Origin: an uncultured delta proteobacterium | GTDB lineage: Bacteria > Desulfobacterota > Zymogenia > Zymogenales > Zymogenaceae | NCBI GenBank assembly: GCA_963792965.1 | Contig: CAWBYW010000024.1 | Location: 1-35,277 of the forward strand | Direction of reading: 5' to 3' | Length of the DNA stretch: 35,277 nt | In this document: in pieces, positions 1-8,743 of the stretch | Layout of the letters: the number at the start of each line of letters is the position of its first letter | How positions within the stretch are numbered: position 1 is the stretch's first letter | The notes under the pieces: generated by a model | Database searches by the model: none | What the model was told of the DNA's origin: nothing | Seen by the model: only the letters and a program-made list of their open reading frames with translations | Made by a program: the position numbers and the translations under genes

Positions 1-75
1 AAGGTCGCGCACCCTCTCGACTGTCCGGTGCACCGAATGACGGCTGGCTATGTCGACAATTCCGCTCGCGCTCAT
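1..75 (-). CDS. DUF302-like protein, N-terminal 25 codons (runs off window edge)
   Basis: ATG at 75 reads [25 protein letters not shown], open to nt 1, and resembles the DUF302 N-terminus (G.V...S.HSV..TV.R). TATGAT lies 7 nt upstream of the ATG, so it may be leaderless. Confidence 0.5.
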   Translation of the reverse strand, partial: MSASGIVDIASRHSVHRTVERVRDL

Positions 76-123
76 ATCCGAAATCATACGTGAGCCCATC
101 GCAATGGCGTTGAACGCAAATTG

Positions 124-151
124 AAAGGCCCCTCGCCGCGGCGAGAGGCCT
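124..151 (-). terminator. Putative intrinsic terminator after cyclophilin pair
   Basis: Minus strand AGGCCTCTCGCC-GC-GGCGAGGGGCCT hairpin followed by TTCAATTT, about 20 nt past the stop at 171. Confidence 0.6.
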
Positions 152-170
152 GGTCTTTCGAGCGCCGCGC

Positions 171-700
171 TCAGCTCACGCGCTCGATCGTCACCGACTC
201 CAGCACCACCGGCTTGTGCGGCTTGTCCTGCGCGTTGCGCGCAACCTTCAGATCGCATCACCACATCCTGGCCCTCCACCACTTCGCCGAAGATGGTGTG
301 GTTGCCGGTGAGCCACGGCGTGGCCGCCACGGTGATAAAGAACTGGCTGCCATTGGTATTCGGGTCCGGCGTTGGCCATGGCCAGCTTGCCCGGCTTGTC
401 GAACTTGTGCGGCGAGCCCTTGGTCTCATCCTCAAAGCGGTAGCCCGGTCCGCCCATGCCGTTGCCCGCCGGATCGCCGCCCTGGATCATGAACTCCGGA
501 ATCACGCGATGGAAGATCGTGCCGTCGTAAAGCTTGTTCTTCGACTTGGCGCGCGTCGTGGGGTGCGTCCACTCCTTCGCGCCTTCGGCCAGCTCGATGA
601 AGTTCTTGACGGTGATGGGCGCGTCGGCTTCAAAAAGGCGCACGGTAATCTTGCCTTCCGTGGTCGTAAAGACAGCGTAAGTTCCTGCTGCAAGTGCCAT
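171..700 (-). CDS. Cyclophilin-type peptidyl-prolyl cis-trans isomerase, cytoplasmic (frameshifted near 360 and 250)
   Basis: [20 protein letters not shown] and [10 protein letters not shown] motifs. Other frames continue [10 protein letters not shown]...[10 protein letters not shown]...[18 protein letters not shown] (TGA 171-173). Confidence 0.9.
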
Positions 701-717
701 GAATGCTCCTGGGTTTC

Positions 718-745
718 CTGATCTCTGATCTCTGTTCTCTGATCT
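718..745. repeat. Intergenic heptamer tandem repeat (CTGATCT) x4
   Basis: ctgatct ctgatct ctgttct ctgatct between the two cyclophilin genes. Confidence 0.8.
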
Positions 746-751
746 CCGCTC

Positions 752-1482
752 TCAGCCTTCTCGATCCCTCGTTAACTTGGTCCCACGGTCCAGCGGCGGC
801 ATCGGCTCGCCCTCGCGCACAATCGTCACCTTCTTGAGCACGACCGGCGTCAGCGGCTTGTCGTTCGCGTCGCGCGGCACGCGCGCAATCGCCTTCACCA
901 CTGCAACGCTCGCGTCGTCGCACTGGCCGAAGAGCGTGTATGTCTGGTCGAGGAATCGTAGGCCTTTCGGTGATAAAGAACTGGCTGCCGTTCGTGTTCG
1001 GCCCGCTGTTTGCCATCGCCAGCCGTCCCGGCCGGTCGAAGTTCAGGTTGGGATCGAACTCATCGTTGAAGGTGTAGCCGGGATCGCCCATCCCCGTGCC
1101 CGTCGGGTCGCCGCCCTGAATCATGAACTCCGGAATCACGCGATGAAAGATGGTGCCGTCGTAGTACGCGCTTGTGATGCTGCACTCTTTTTCGTCGTGG
1201 GATCGGTCCAGTCCTTCGTGCCCTCGGCCAGCCCGATGAAGTTGGCCACGGCCTTCGGCGCCTGCTTCTGGTAGAACTGGCAGGTGATCCGGCCCATCGA
1301 GGTGTCCATCACCACAAACGGCCCGTTAGGAACGGTCGTGGCCTCGGCGGTTGCCTGCGGCGCGTCGGGAATACTCAGGGCTCGCGGGCAGCGCGGACTG
1401 TTGACGCAAAGACAACGAAGGCCGCGCCTGCGGCACAGGCCGCGGCCAGGGCAGAGAAGAGAAGCATGCGCTGAGTTTTCAT
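752..1482 (-). CDS. Cyclophilin-type PPIase with signal peptide (at least 4 frameshifts)
   Basis: Start [26 protein letters not shown] is signal-like. Successive frames give [76 protein letters not shown] and YTLFGQCDD...[14 protein letters not shown]. Confidence 0.85.
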
Positions 1483-1644
1483 GCCGATCTTGAGGGTAAA
1501 TCATGCGGCGTGCAGCCTGCCAGCGTCTCCGCGCCGGTGTATTGGCCCATTTGGGTTGGCTTTGCAGGGTGCGGGCTTAACCTCCCTACCCCTGGTCCTC
1601 GCCCCCGCCCCCGCCCCCGCAACCCCTCGCCATCACATTCCATC

Positions 1645-2094
1645 ATGGCAATCGTGGCGCTCGCGGGCCCGGCCACGAACCTCGCGATTTCCCTGGTCGC
1701 GGCAATCCTATTGAGGATCCTCTTCTTCGCGGACCCAGGGCTTGCTCTCCGAATTATAAACCCGGGTGGCTTTTCAGGGCTTTACGGCTCGTTGTCGATC
1801 TCGGCCGCCTATATCCTCTTCTACACCTTCTTCCTCTCGGTAATACTGGCCGTCTTCAACCTGATCCCCATACCTCCTCTCGATGGAGGGAGGATCGCGG
1901 TGGGGCTCTTGCCGGAGTCGATCGCGCGGGCATATGCAAAGATCGAGCCCTTCGGGATGATCCTCATCGTCGTGATCTTGATTCTTGATCCGTTCAACAT
2001 CTTCAGAATCGTGCTGTCGATCGTGACGGGGATCATCTCCTCACTCCTGTTGGGGGGAAACATTATGGCCGTCATGATGACGACCCTCAGGTAG
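1645..2094 (+). pseudogene. Site-2 protease (peptidase M50), C-terminal half only; N-terminal HExxH half missing
   Basis: MAIVALAGPATNL and FNLIPIPPLDGGRI motifs. Upstream codons are low-complexity (PRPRPRPR) and unrelated. The position before scpA is typical for this gene. Confidence 0.85.
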
Positions 2095-2107
2095 AAGGAC
2101 ACCGGGC

Positions 2108-2854
2108 GTGGAAGATTTCCTGACCGATGAATCGGTATATCGGGTAAAGCTCCCGATTTTTGAGGGGCCTCTGGACCTGCTCCTCTATCTGGTTAAGAAG
2201 AATGAATATGACATTTTCGACATTCCGATCGCCCAGATTACCCAACAGTATATGGAACACCTTGAGATTATGAAGGTCCTCAACCTCGATATCGCCGGGG
2301 AATACCTCGTCATGGCCGCGACGCTGGCCCACATCAAGTCCAAGATGCTGCTGCCGCCGGACGTCACCGATGAAGACGGGGAGGAGGAAAGAGACCCCCG
2401 GATGGAGCTTGCCATTCAGCTTGCCGAATACGAGAAGTTCAAAGAGGCGGCCCAGACGCTGGACGATTTCGACATCCTGATGCGAGACGTCTTTCTGCGC
2501 GGGGGGAAGATGGTGCTCGAGTCCGAGGACGAGAAGCTGGCCGACCTCACGATTTTTGAGCTCGTCGCCGCCTTCCGGAAGGTTCTCCTTTCCGCCCCGA
2601 AGGACACGATTCACCAGGTCGTCCTCGATGAGCTGACCATCCAGGAGAAGATGGTCGAGCTCTCTCAATTGATCACCGAGAGGGGAGAGATGGTCTTCGA
2701 AGACCTCTTCGTGGGAGACACGACCAGAATGACGATCGTTATCACCTTCCTGGCAATCCTCGAGCTGATCAAGAATCGCGTCATCCGCATTTATCAGGCG
2801 CAACCGTTCGGGGCGATCCGCCTCTACCGCGCGGTCGATGAGGGGGTCCGGTAG
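2108..2854 (+). CDS. scpA: Segregation and condensation protein A (kleisin)
   Basis: FEGPLDLLLYLVKKNEYDIFDIPIAQITQQY, EYLVMAATLAHIKSKMLLP and VITFLAILEL. Confidence 0.97.
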   Translation: MEDFLTDESVYRVKLPIFEGPLDLLLYLVKKNEYDIFDIPIAQITQQYMEHLEIMKVLNLDIAGEYLVMAATLAHIKSKMLLPPDVTDEDGEEERDPRMELAIQLAEYEKFKEAAQTLDDFDILMRDVFLRGGKMVLESEDEKLADLTIFELVAAFRKVLLSAPKDTIHQVVLDELTIQEKMVELSQLITERGEMVFEDLFVGDTTRMTIVITFLAILELIKNRVIRIYQAQPFGAIRLYRAVDEGVR

Positions 2855-2855
2855 C

Positions 2856-3440
2856 ATGGAAAAGGAAAAGCTCATCGGAATCGTCGAGGCTCTGATATTC
2901 GCGTCGGAAAAGCCTATCACGGAGGACGAGATCAGGAAGATTATCCCGGGCGTCACGCCTCGTGAGATCCGAGAGGCGGTCGGCGACCTCAGGAAGGTCT
3001 TCGACGAAGGAAGCGGCGGAATATTCATCGCGGATGTGGCCGGCGGCTGGCAATTCAGGACACGGTCGGAATTTGCGGAATATATCAAGGCGCTGCTGGA
3101 GCAAAAGCCTAAGAAGCTCTCACGGGCCGCGATGGAGGCCCTGGCGATCATAGCGTATCGTCAGCCCATCGTCCGCTCCGACATCGAGCGGATCAGGGGC
3201 GTGGACTCGGGCGGTGTCGTCAAAATTTTGCTTGAGCGAAACCTCATCAGAATCCTCGGCAAAAAGGATGTACCGGGTAAGCCCATAATCTACGGCACCA
3301 CAAAAGAGTTCCTCGAAACGTTCGGGCTCAAGGACATCAAATCGCTCCCGACCCTCAGGGAGATGGGAAACCTCTTCATGGAGGGGGATATCGAGGAGCA
3401 GAAAGAGCTCTTCTTTGTAGATGAAAAAGATCAGACTTAA
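2856..3440 (+). CDS. scpB: Segregation and condensation protein B
   Basis: VEALIFAS, LSRAAMEALAIIAYRQPIVRSDIERIRGV and PGKPIIYGTTKEFLETFGL. ATG at 2856 directly follows the scpA stop. Confidence 0.97.
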   Translation: MEKEKLIGIVEALIFASEKPITEDEIRKIIPGVTPREIREAVGDLRKVFDEGSGGIFIADVAGGWQFRTRSEFAEYIKALLEQKPKKLSRAAMEALAIIAYRQPIVRSDIERIRGVDSGGVVKILLERNLIRILGKKDVPGKPIIYGTTKEFLETFGLKDIKSLPTLREMGNLFMEGDIEEQKELFFVDEKDQT

Positions 3441-4158
3441 TCGGGTCATATCGCGGGGCGGCCTTTCATCGCTCAGGGAAGCCGACGAGATCATCCGGCA
3501 GGGACGGGTCCAGGTTAACGGCGCCGTCGAGACGGAGCTCGGGACACAGGTCGATCCCCGGGCCGACCGAATCACCGTGGACGGCGAGCCGGTCGCGGCC
3601 CCGAAGAGGCAGCATTACTATCTCTTCTACAAGCCCAAGGGAGTAGTCTCAACCATGGAAGACCCCGAGGGAAGGAGATGCATTGCCGATTTTACCGCCG
3701 CCCTTTCCGGCAGGATTTTCCCGGCCGGGAGATTGGATTGGGACGCCGACGGCCTGATGCTCCTCACCACCGACGGAGAACTCGCAAACCTCATCATGCA
3801 CCCGAGATCGAAGCTCAAGAAAACCTATCAGGTAAAGATCGCCGGTAGCCTCGACGAGCGGGGGATGACGAGGTTCGCCCGGGGGATCGTCATCGACGGG
3901 AAACCGACGCTACCGGCCAGGATCACTCCCCTCGAGGTCAGGCCCGCAAACAGCTGGTACGAGATAACGCTGTCGGAGGGGAGGAACCGCCAGATCAAGA
4001 AGATGTTTGCCTTTTTCAGTAAGCGCGTGCTCAAGATACGTAGGATCGCAATCGGCCCTCTATCTCTGGAGGGGCTGGCCCCCGGCGAGATCAGGAAACT
4101 CACACCCTATGAGTTGAGCGAGCTGCACCGGGCCCTCGGCGCGAGAAGCGAGCCATGA
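3421..4158 (+). CDS. rluB: 23S rRNA pseudouridine synthase, RsuA/RluB family with S4 domain
   Basis: N-terminal S4 domain, YKPKGVVST, GRLD catalytic motif and EGRNRQIKKM; conserved scpA-scpB-rluB synteny. Confidence 0.9.
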   Translation: MKKIRLNRVISRGGLSSLREADEIIRQGRVQVNGAVETELGTQVDPRADRITVDGEPVAAPKRQHYYLFYKPKGVVSTMEDPEGRRCIADFTAALSGRIFPAGRLDWDADGLMLLTTDGELANLIMHPRSKLKKTYQVKIAGSLDERGMTRFARGIVIDGKPTLPARITPLEVRPANSWYEITLSEGRNRQIKKMFAFFSKRVLKIRRIAIGPLSLEGLAPGEIRKLTPYELSELHRALGARSEP

Positions 4159-5372
4159 AGATCGAGCGATTCGAGGGCCTGCCGACAAGCGAGATCACCG
4201 ACCGGGTCCAGGCGGCCCGAGACTCCGCCGCCCGTGCGAACCTTGACGGCCTTCTCCTCTTTCAGCATGTCGACCTCTACTACTTTACCGGCACCGCGCA
4301 GAAGGGCGTCCTGTTCATTCCCGCGCAAGACAGCAGGGGGCCGGGAGTTCTCTTCGTCATCAAGGACATACGCCGCGCACGGGCCGAATCGAAGTTCCCG
4401 AAGATCGAGCCTCTCACGAAGCTTCGCGAGCTCCCCGCCGCCCTCAATCGCGCGGGCTATCATCATCTCACAAAAATCGGCCTGGAGCTTGACGTGCTCC
4501 CGGCCAGGAACTACCTCTTCCTCAAGGATATCTTTGCCGGCGTCGAGTTTAGTGATGCGTCCACCCTCGTGAGGAAGATCAGAGCCGTCAAGTCCCCCCT
4601 CGAGAGAAAGCTGATCGGGAGGGCCGCTCGCCAGCTCGTCTCGCTGTTCGCCGCGGTCCCGTCATTTTTTGTCCCCGGCGCCCGGGAGATAGATATCGCC
4701 GTGGCGGCGGAGGCACACCTCAGGAAGCTCGGTCACCAGGGGCAGCTGAGGCTGCGCGCCTTCGGCCAGGAGCTCTTCTTCGGCGTCGCGGTGTCCGGGC
4801 CGTCGGGAGCGGTTCCCTCTTCGATGGACGGGCCGGTGGCGGGCATGGGGCTCTGCTCCGCCTTCCCCCAGGGGGCATCTACGAAGGTCATCGGGGACAA
4901 CGAGCCGTTTCTCATCGACATGGTGGGCGCCCACGCCGGGTATCTGGCCGACGGTGCCCGGCTCTACTATCGAAAACGGCTCCCCGACAAGGCCGCCGAG
5001 GCCTATTCGGTCTCCCTGGCGATTCAACAAAAAATCGTTTCGCTCGCACGATCGGGCATCCCTGCGGGCGAGCTCTTTGCGGCGGCCGAGTCGATCGCCC
5101 AAGAGTCGGGTTTCGGGGATAACTTTATGGGGATCGGAGATCAAAGGCTGTCGTATGTCGGCCACGGGATCGGCCTTGAGGTGGACGAGCTTCCGGTCAT
5201 CGCGAGAGACAACGAAGAGGTCCTCAGCGAGGGAAACGTCTTTGCGCTGGAGCCGAAATTCATCTTTAAGGACATCGGCGCAGTGGGGGTGGAGAACACT
5301 TTCTATCTCGGGCCCGCAGGCCCCGAGCTGTTGACGACCGCCCCGGAAGAGCCCGTGAAAGTCGACGGGTAG
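4155..5372 (+). CDS. Xaa-Pro peptidase family (M24) with creatinase N-terminal domain
   Basis: RAVKSPLE and all five metal ligands (IDM, LADG, GHGIGLEVDE, ALEPK, GVENT). ATGA overlap with rluB. Confidence 0.92.
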   Translation: MKIERFEGLPTSEITDRVQAARDSAARANLDGLLLFQHVDLYYFTGTAQKGVLFIPAQDSRGPGVLFVIKDIRRARAESKFPKIEPLTKLRELPAALNRAGYHHLTKIGLELDVLPARNYLFLKDIFAGVEFSDASTLVRKIRAVKSPLERKLIGRAARQLVSLFAAVPSFFVPGAREIDIAVAAEAHLRKLGHQGQLRLRAFGQELFFGVAVSGPSGAVPSSMDGPVAGMGLCSAFPQGASTKVIGDNEPFLIDMVGAHAGYLADGARLYYRKRLPDKAAEAYSVSLAIQQKIVSLARSGIPAGELFAAAESIAQESGFGDNFMGIGDQRLSYVGHGIGLEVDELPVIARDNEEVLSEGNVFALEPKFIFKDIGAVGVENTFYLGPAGPELLTTAPEEPVKVDG

Positions 5373-5554
5373 CGGACCTCTGATGGAGACGGCCCGGTCC
5401 ACAAACGGGAGGAGAGTGCCGCTTGCGGATGGGCGAGTAGTCCCTCTGATAACACCTGTAGGAATGATGGTCAAAATGAGAGCACTTAAGAAGGCTCGAC
5501 GTATTGACTGACTGATACGGCCGCGGCCTGACGCAGCGGCTAAGGAGGCGAATT

Positions 5555-6133
5555 ATGGATCCTGCTTTCCAATACGACACCTACGTTCTCAAACGACAAT
5601 TTCTGGCGATGACCGGGAAGCTGCGATTCTATGGCCCGCGGGACGAGATTGTGCTGTTCGTCGAGCAAAAGATGTTCCGTCTGCGCGAGGACATCCGTGT
5701 CTACAGCGACGAGAGCAAAAGCAGGGAAGTTCTGGTTATAAAGGCCCGAACGATCATTGATTTTTCGGCGGCTTATGACGTTGTCGACGCCTCCGACGAC
5801 GTCAAAGTAGGTACACTGCGGCGAAAGGGATTCAAGTCCATGCTGCGCGACGAATGGGAGGTGCTGGACAGCACCGATCGTCCCGTCGGATCGCTGTTCG
5901 AAGACAGCATGGGGCTGGCGGTGTTGCGGCGTTTTCTTCTTGGCAATCTTCTCCCCCAGAATTACGACATCACGCTCGGCGATACCCGTGTCGCAGATCT
6001 CAGACAGAGATTCAACCCGTTCGTCTATCACATGGACATAGACTTCACGATGGACCCGGGCGGCCGCCTGGATCGTCGTCTCGGGATCGCAGCGGGGACG
6101 CTGCTGTCGATAATCGAGGGGAAGCAACAGTAG
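5555..6133 (+). CDS. LURP-one/Tubby_C/scramblase-like protein
   Basis: AAGGAGG RBS. YVLKRQFL, FVEQKMFRLREDIRVY, RRKGFKSMLRDEW and LDRRLGIAAGTLL fit the Tubby-C-like barrel plus C-terminal helix pattern. Confidence 0.7.
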   Translation: MDPAFQYDTYVLKRQFLAMTGKLRFYGPRDEIVLFVEQKMFRLREDIRVYSDESKSREVLVIKARTIIDFSAAYDVVDASDDVKVGTLRRKGFKSMLRDEWEVLDSTDRPVGSLFEDSMGLAVLRRFLLGNLLPQNYDITLGDTRVADLRQRFNPFVYHMDIDFTMDPGGRLDRRLGIAAGTLLSIIEGKQQ

Positions 6134-6145
6134 CGCGGACGGATA

Positions 6146-6559
6146 ATGGTTTCTTACCTGAAAAATCGGCTCCGGGGTCGGGATATATCTTTTCTTAAAG
6201 ACGACGGGCTCATCCGCTCCGTGGGGACGTTCTTCGGTGAGGATTTCTCTGACGTCCGGTTCTGCACCGGCGGCATCCTCCCCTTTGTCGTCCCCTTTCC
6301 GTACTCCGCCGTCGTCATTGGGGAGACGATCAATATCCGCAAGGGCTGTGAGTATGTTCTCTCCGATCCACACATCATGGCCGAAGAGCTCTTCCACGTC
6401 GTCCAGTGGAGGAGCCTCGGATGGACAAGGCTTCCACCGCTCTACCTCTTTTACCATCTCACGCGGGGATATCGGGCAAACCCCATCGAGCGCGAGGCCA
6501 AACGGAGGGCCGACTCCTTTACGGCGCTCCTGAATAGCGGAGCCGGACCCACACTATAG
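6146..6559 (+). CDS. DUF4157-like (zincin-like) protein
   Basis: FGEDFSDVRF, AVVIGETI, MAEELFHVVQW and GYRANPIEREA. Confidence 0.7.
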   Translation: MVSYLKNRLRGRDISFLKDDGLIRSVGTFFGEDFSDVRFCTGGILPFVVPFPYSAVVIGETINIRKGCEYVLSDPHIMAEELFHVVQWRSLGWTRLPPLYLFYHLTRGYRANPIEREAKRRADSFTALLNSGAGPTL

Positions 6560-6579
6560 TCTCCCATCGATTCTCAGAC

Positions 6580-7548
6580 CTACCCCGAGTATGTCGTCTC
6601 CCCGGCTCCGTTCTCGTCGGCCAGATCGTGCGCGCGGATCATCGACACAAAGACGTCCTCAAGGGACGGCTCGATCGTCTCCATCGAGAAGACCTCGATC
6701 CCCTGTTTCTTCAGGGCGTCCGAGATGTCCCTCCTCCCCTTCTTCACGTCCCTTACGACGACGTGGAGACTCGACCCGAAGATCGCCGCCTCCAGCACCC
6801 CATCGATGCCCCGCGCGATATTTGAGGCGGCAACGCTGTCGGACGCCGTAATCTCAAGAACGGTTCCCGGCATGGTCCCGAACTTGAGCTCCTCGGGCGT
6901 CCCGATCGTGATAAGCTTTGCCCGGTAAATCAGGCCGAGGCGATCGCAGTGCTCCGCCTCGTCCATGTAGTGGGTCGTGACGAAGACCGTGGTCCCGCGG
7001 CCGGCAATATCGGATATCAGGTCCCAGAAATCGCGCCTTGATTTCGGGTCGACGCCGCTGGTCGGCTCGTCGAGGAAGAGAAGCTTCGGCTCGTGGAGCA
7101 GCGCACAGCCGAGCGCAAGGCGCTGCTTCCACCCCACCGCCAGGTCCCCGGTGATCATGTCCCGCTTATCGGCAAGCCCCGCCATCGAGAGCGCCCACTC
7201 GTAGCGGCTCTTCCTCTTTTCCTTGGCGACCTTGTAGATACCGCCGTAGAATTCGATATTCTCGATCACCTTGAGGTCATCGTAGAGGGAGAACTTCTGG
7301 GACATGTAGCCGATGTTCTCCTTGATCTTATCGACCTCCTTATAGATATCGAAACCGAGGATCGAGGCCTGCCCTGACGTTGGCATCAGGATGCCGTTGA
7401 GCATCCTGATGGTGGTAGACTTCCCCGCGCCGTTGGGCCCCAGGAATCCGAAGATCTCGCCCCGGCCGACGGAAAAGCTGACATGATCCACCGCGACAAA
7501 ATCACCGAAGACCCGCGTAAGGTCCTTTGCCACAACCGCATCTTCCAT
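6580..7548 (-). CDS. ABC-2 exporter ATP-binding protein (like YbhF second NBD)
   Basis: Walker A GPNGAGKST, degenerate signature LAVGWKQRL, LFLDEPTSGVDP, TTHYMDEAE and C-terminal PSLEDVFV. Confidence 0.93.
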   Translation of the reverse strand: MEDAVVAKDLTRVFGDFVAVDHVSFSVGRGEIFGFLGPNGAGKSTTIRMLNGILMPTSGQASILGFDIYKEVDKIKENIGYMSQKFSLYDDLKVIENIEFYGGIYKVAKEKRKSRYEWALSMAGLADKRDMITGDLAVGWKQRLALGCALLHEPKLLFLDEPTSGVDPKSRRDFWDLISDIAGRGTTVFVTTHYMDEAEHCDRLGLIYRAKLITIGTPEELKFGTMPGTVLEITASDSVAASNIARGIDGVLEAAIFGSSLHVVVRDVKKGRRDISDALKKQGIEVFSMETIEPSLEDVFVSMIRAHDLADENGAGETTYSG

Positions 7549-8690
7549 TATGTTATCCTCTTTCTAAAGCGCATGACGCTGACGCCGACGGCTACGACCG
7601 TAATGAGGAAGAGCCCCAGGAGACTCGACCAGAGCTGTGCCGGTCCCATCCCCTTGATGAATATCCCGCGCAAGAGCTCAATGAAGTATCGCATGGGATT
7701 GGCATAGGTGATCAGGACAATCGCGTACGGCATCGACTCGATGGGAAAGGCAAATCCCGAAAAGAGCATCGCCGGAAAGGTGTAAAGAAAGGTGTTCATC
7801 ATCGCCTGCTGCTGGGTGGCGGATATTGTTGAAATCAGCAGCCCGAAGCTCAGGTTTGCCGAGAAAAAGAAGGCGACCGCGACAAAGAGAAATATAAAGC
7901 TCCCCTTGAAAGGTACGCCGAACCAGAGCGTCCCGATCGCGGTGACAAGGACGACGTCGATGTAGGCGATGACAAAGAAAGGGATTATCTTACCTATGAT
8001 GAGCTCAATGGGCGATATCGGCGTGACGATGAGCTGCTCCATCGTCCCCAGTTCCCGCTCCTTGACGATCGACATTGCAGACAGCATGATCCCGACGACC
8101 GTCAGGATGTTGGCGATGATACCGGGGATGAAGAAGTTTCGGCTCTTAAGCTGTTCGTTATACCACGTTCTCTCCACAAGGCTCACCCGATCCACGGAGG
8201 CGGGTAGGGCCGTACCCATGCCTCGCACCCTATCGATCCTCTCAAGGAGTATGTGCTCGGAATAGGAATTCACGATCTCGCTGACGTAGCCCACCACCAC
8301 GGACGCGTTGGACGAGTCGGTGCCGTCCACGACGATCAATAGATCTGCCGTCCCGCCACTCCTGACCGCACGTCCGAAGCCCTTCTTGATATAGATGCAG
8401 ACGTTCACTTCCCCGTGATCGAACAAAGCATCGATCTGATCGGGGGATGTAAGGTACCGGGTAACACTGAAGTAGCCGTTGGACGAAAAACGCTCGACGA
8501 ACTCTCTGCTCACCGATGTCTTATCCTGATCCAGGATCGCCGTGGGGATACTGTTCACGTCAAATGATGCGGCGTACCCGAAGACGAGCATCTCCGTTAT
8601 GGGAGGGACGAAAATGAGAAAGCGCATCATCTTGTCCCTGAACATCTGCCGGAACTCTTTCCTCATGATGTGGATGATGCGCTCAAACAT
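7548..8690 (-). CDS. ABC-2 permease, YbhR-like (paralog P4)
   Basis: KEFRQMFRD, VDGTDS, WYN...SRNFFIPG and KERELGTMEQLIVTP; about 6 TM segments. Confidence 0.93.
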   Translation of the reverse strand: MFERIIHIMRKEFRQMFRDKMMRFLIFVPPITEMLVFGYAASFDVNSIPTAILDQDKTSVSREFVERFSSNGYFSVTRYLTSPDQIDALFDHGEVNVCIYIKKGFGRAVRSGGTADLLIVVDGTDSSNASVVVGYVSEIVNSYSEHILLERIDRVRGMGTALPASVDRVSLVERTWYNEQLKSRNFFIPGIIANILTVVGIMLSAMSIVKERELGTMEQLIVTPISPIELIIGKIIPFFVIAYIDVVLVTAIGTLWFGVPFKGSFIFLFVAVAFFFSANLSFGLLISTISATQQQAMMNTFLYTFPAMLFSGFAFPIESMPYAIVLITYANPMRYFIELLRGIFIKGMGPAQLWSSLLGLFLITVVAVGVSVMRFRKRIT

Positions 8691-8692
8691 CG
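8652..8692. repeat. 41-bp direct repeat, copy 1 (start of permease P4)
   Basis: gaactcttt-c-ctcatgatgtggatgatgcgctcaaacatcg; one mismatch to 9854-9894, last 31 bp identical. Confidence 0.9.
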
Positions 8693-8743
8693 GCCTTTGT
8701 CGTCCCCGTCACCTCCTTTTCTTGAGGTATCGTGAGCTCTCTC

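Noticed and set aside
718-745. CRISPR array
   Set aside because: 7-bp units with no spacers and no cas genes.
1510-1644. Pro/Arg-rich N-terminal extension of the site-2 protease ORF
   Set aside because: It is a translation of a (GCCCCC)n low-complexity tract left of the suspected junction, not M50 sequence.
5373-5554. Possible riboswitch or ncRNA in the 180-nt intergenic region
   Set aside because: No recognisable conserved aptamer or terminator; an Rfam search would be needed.
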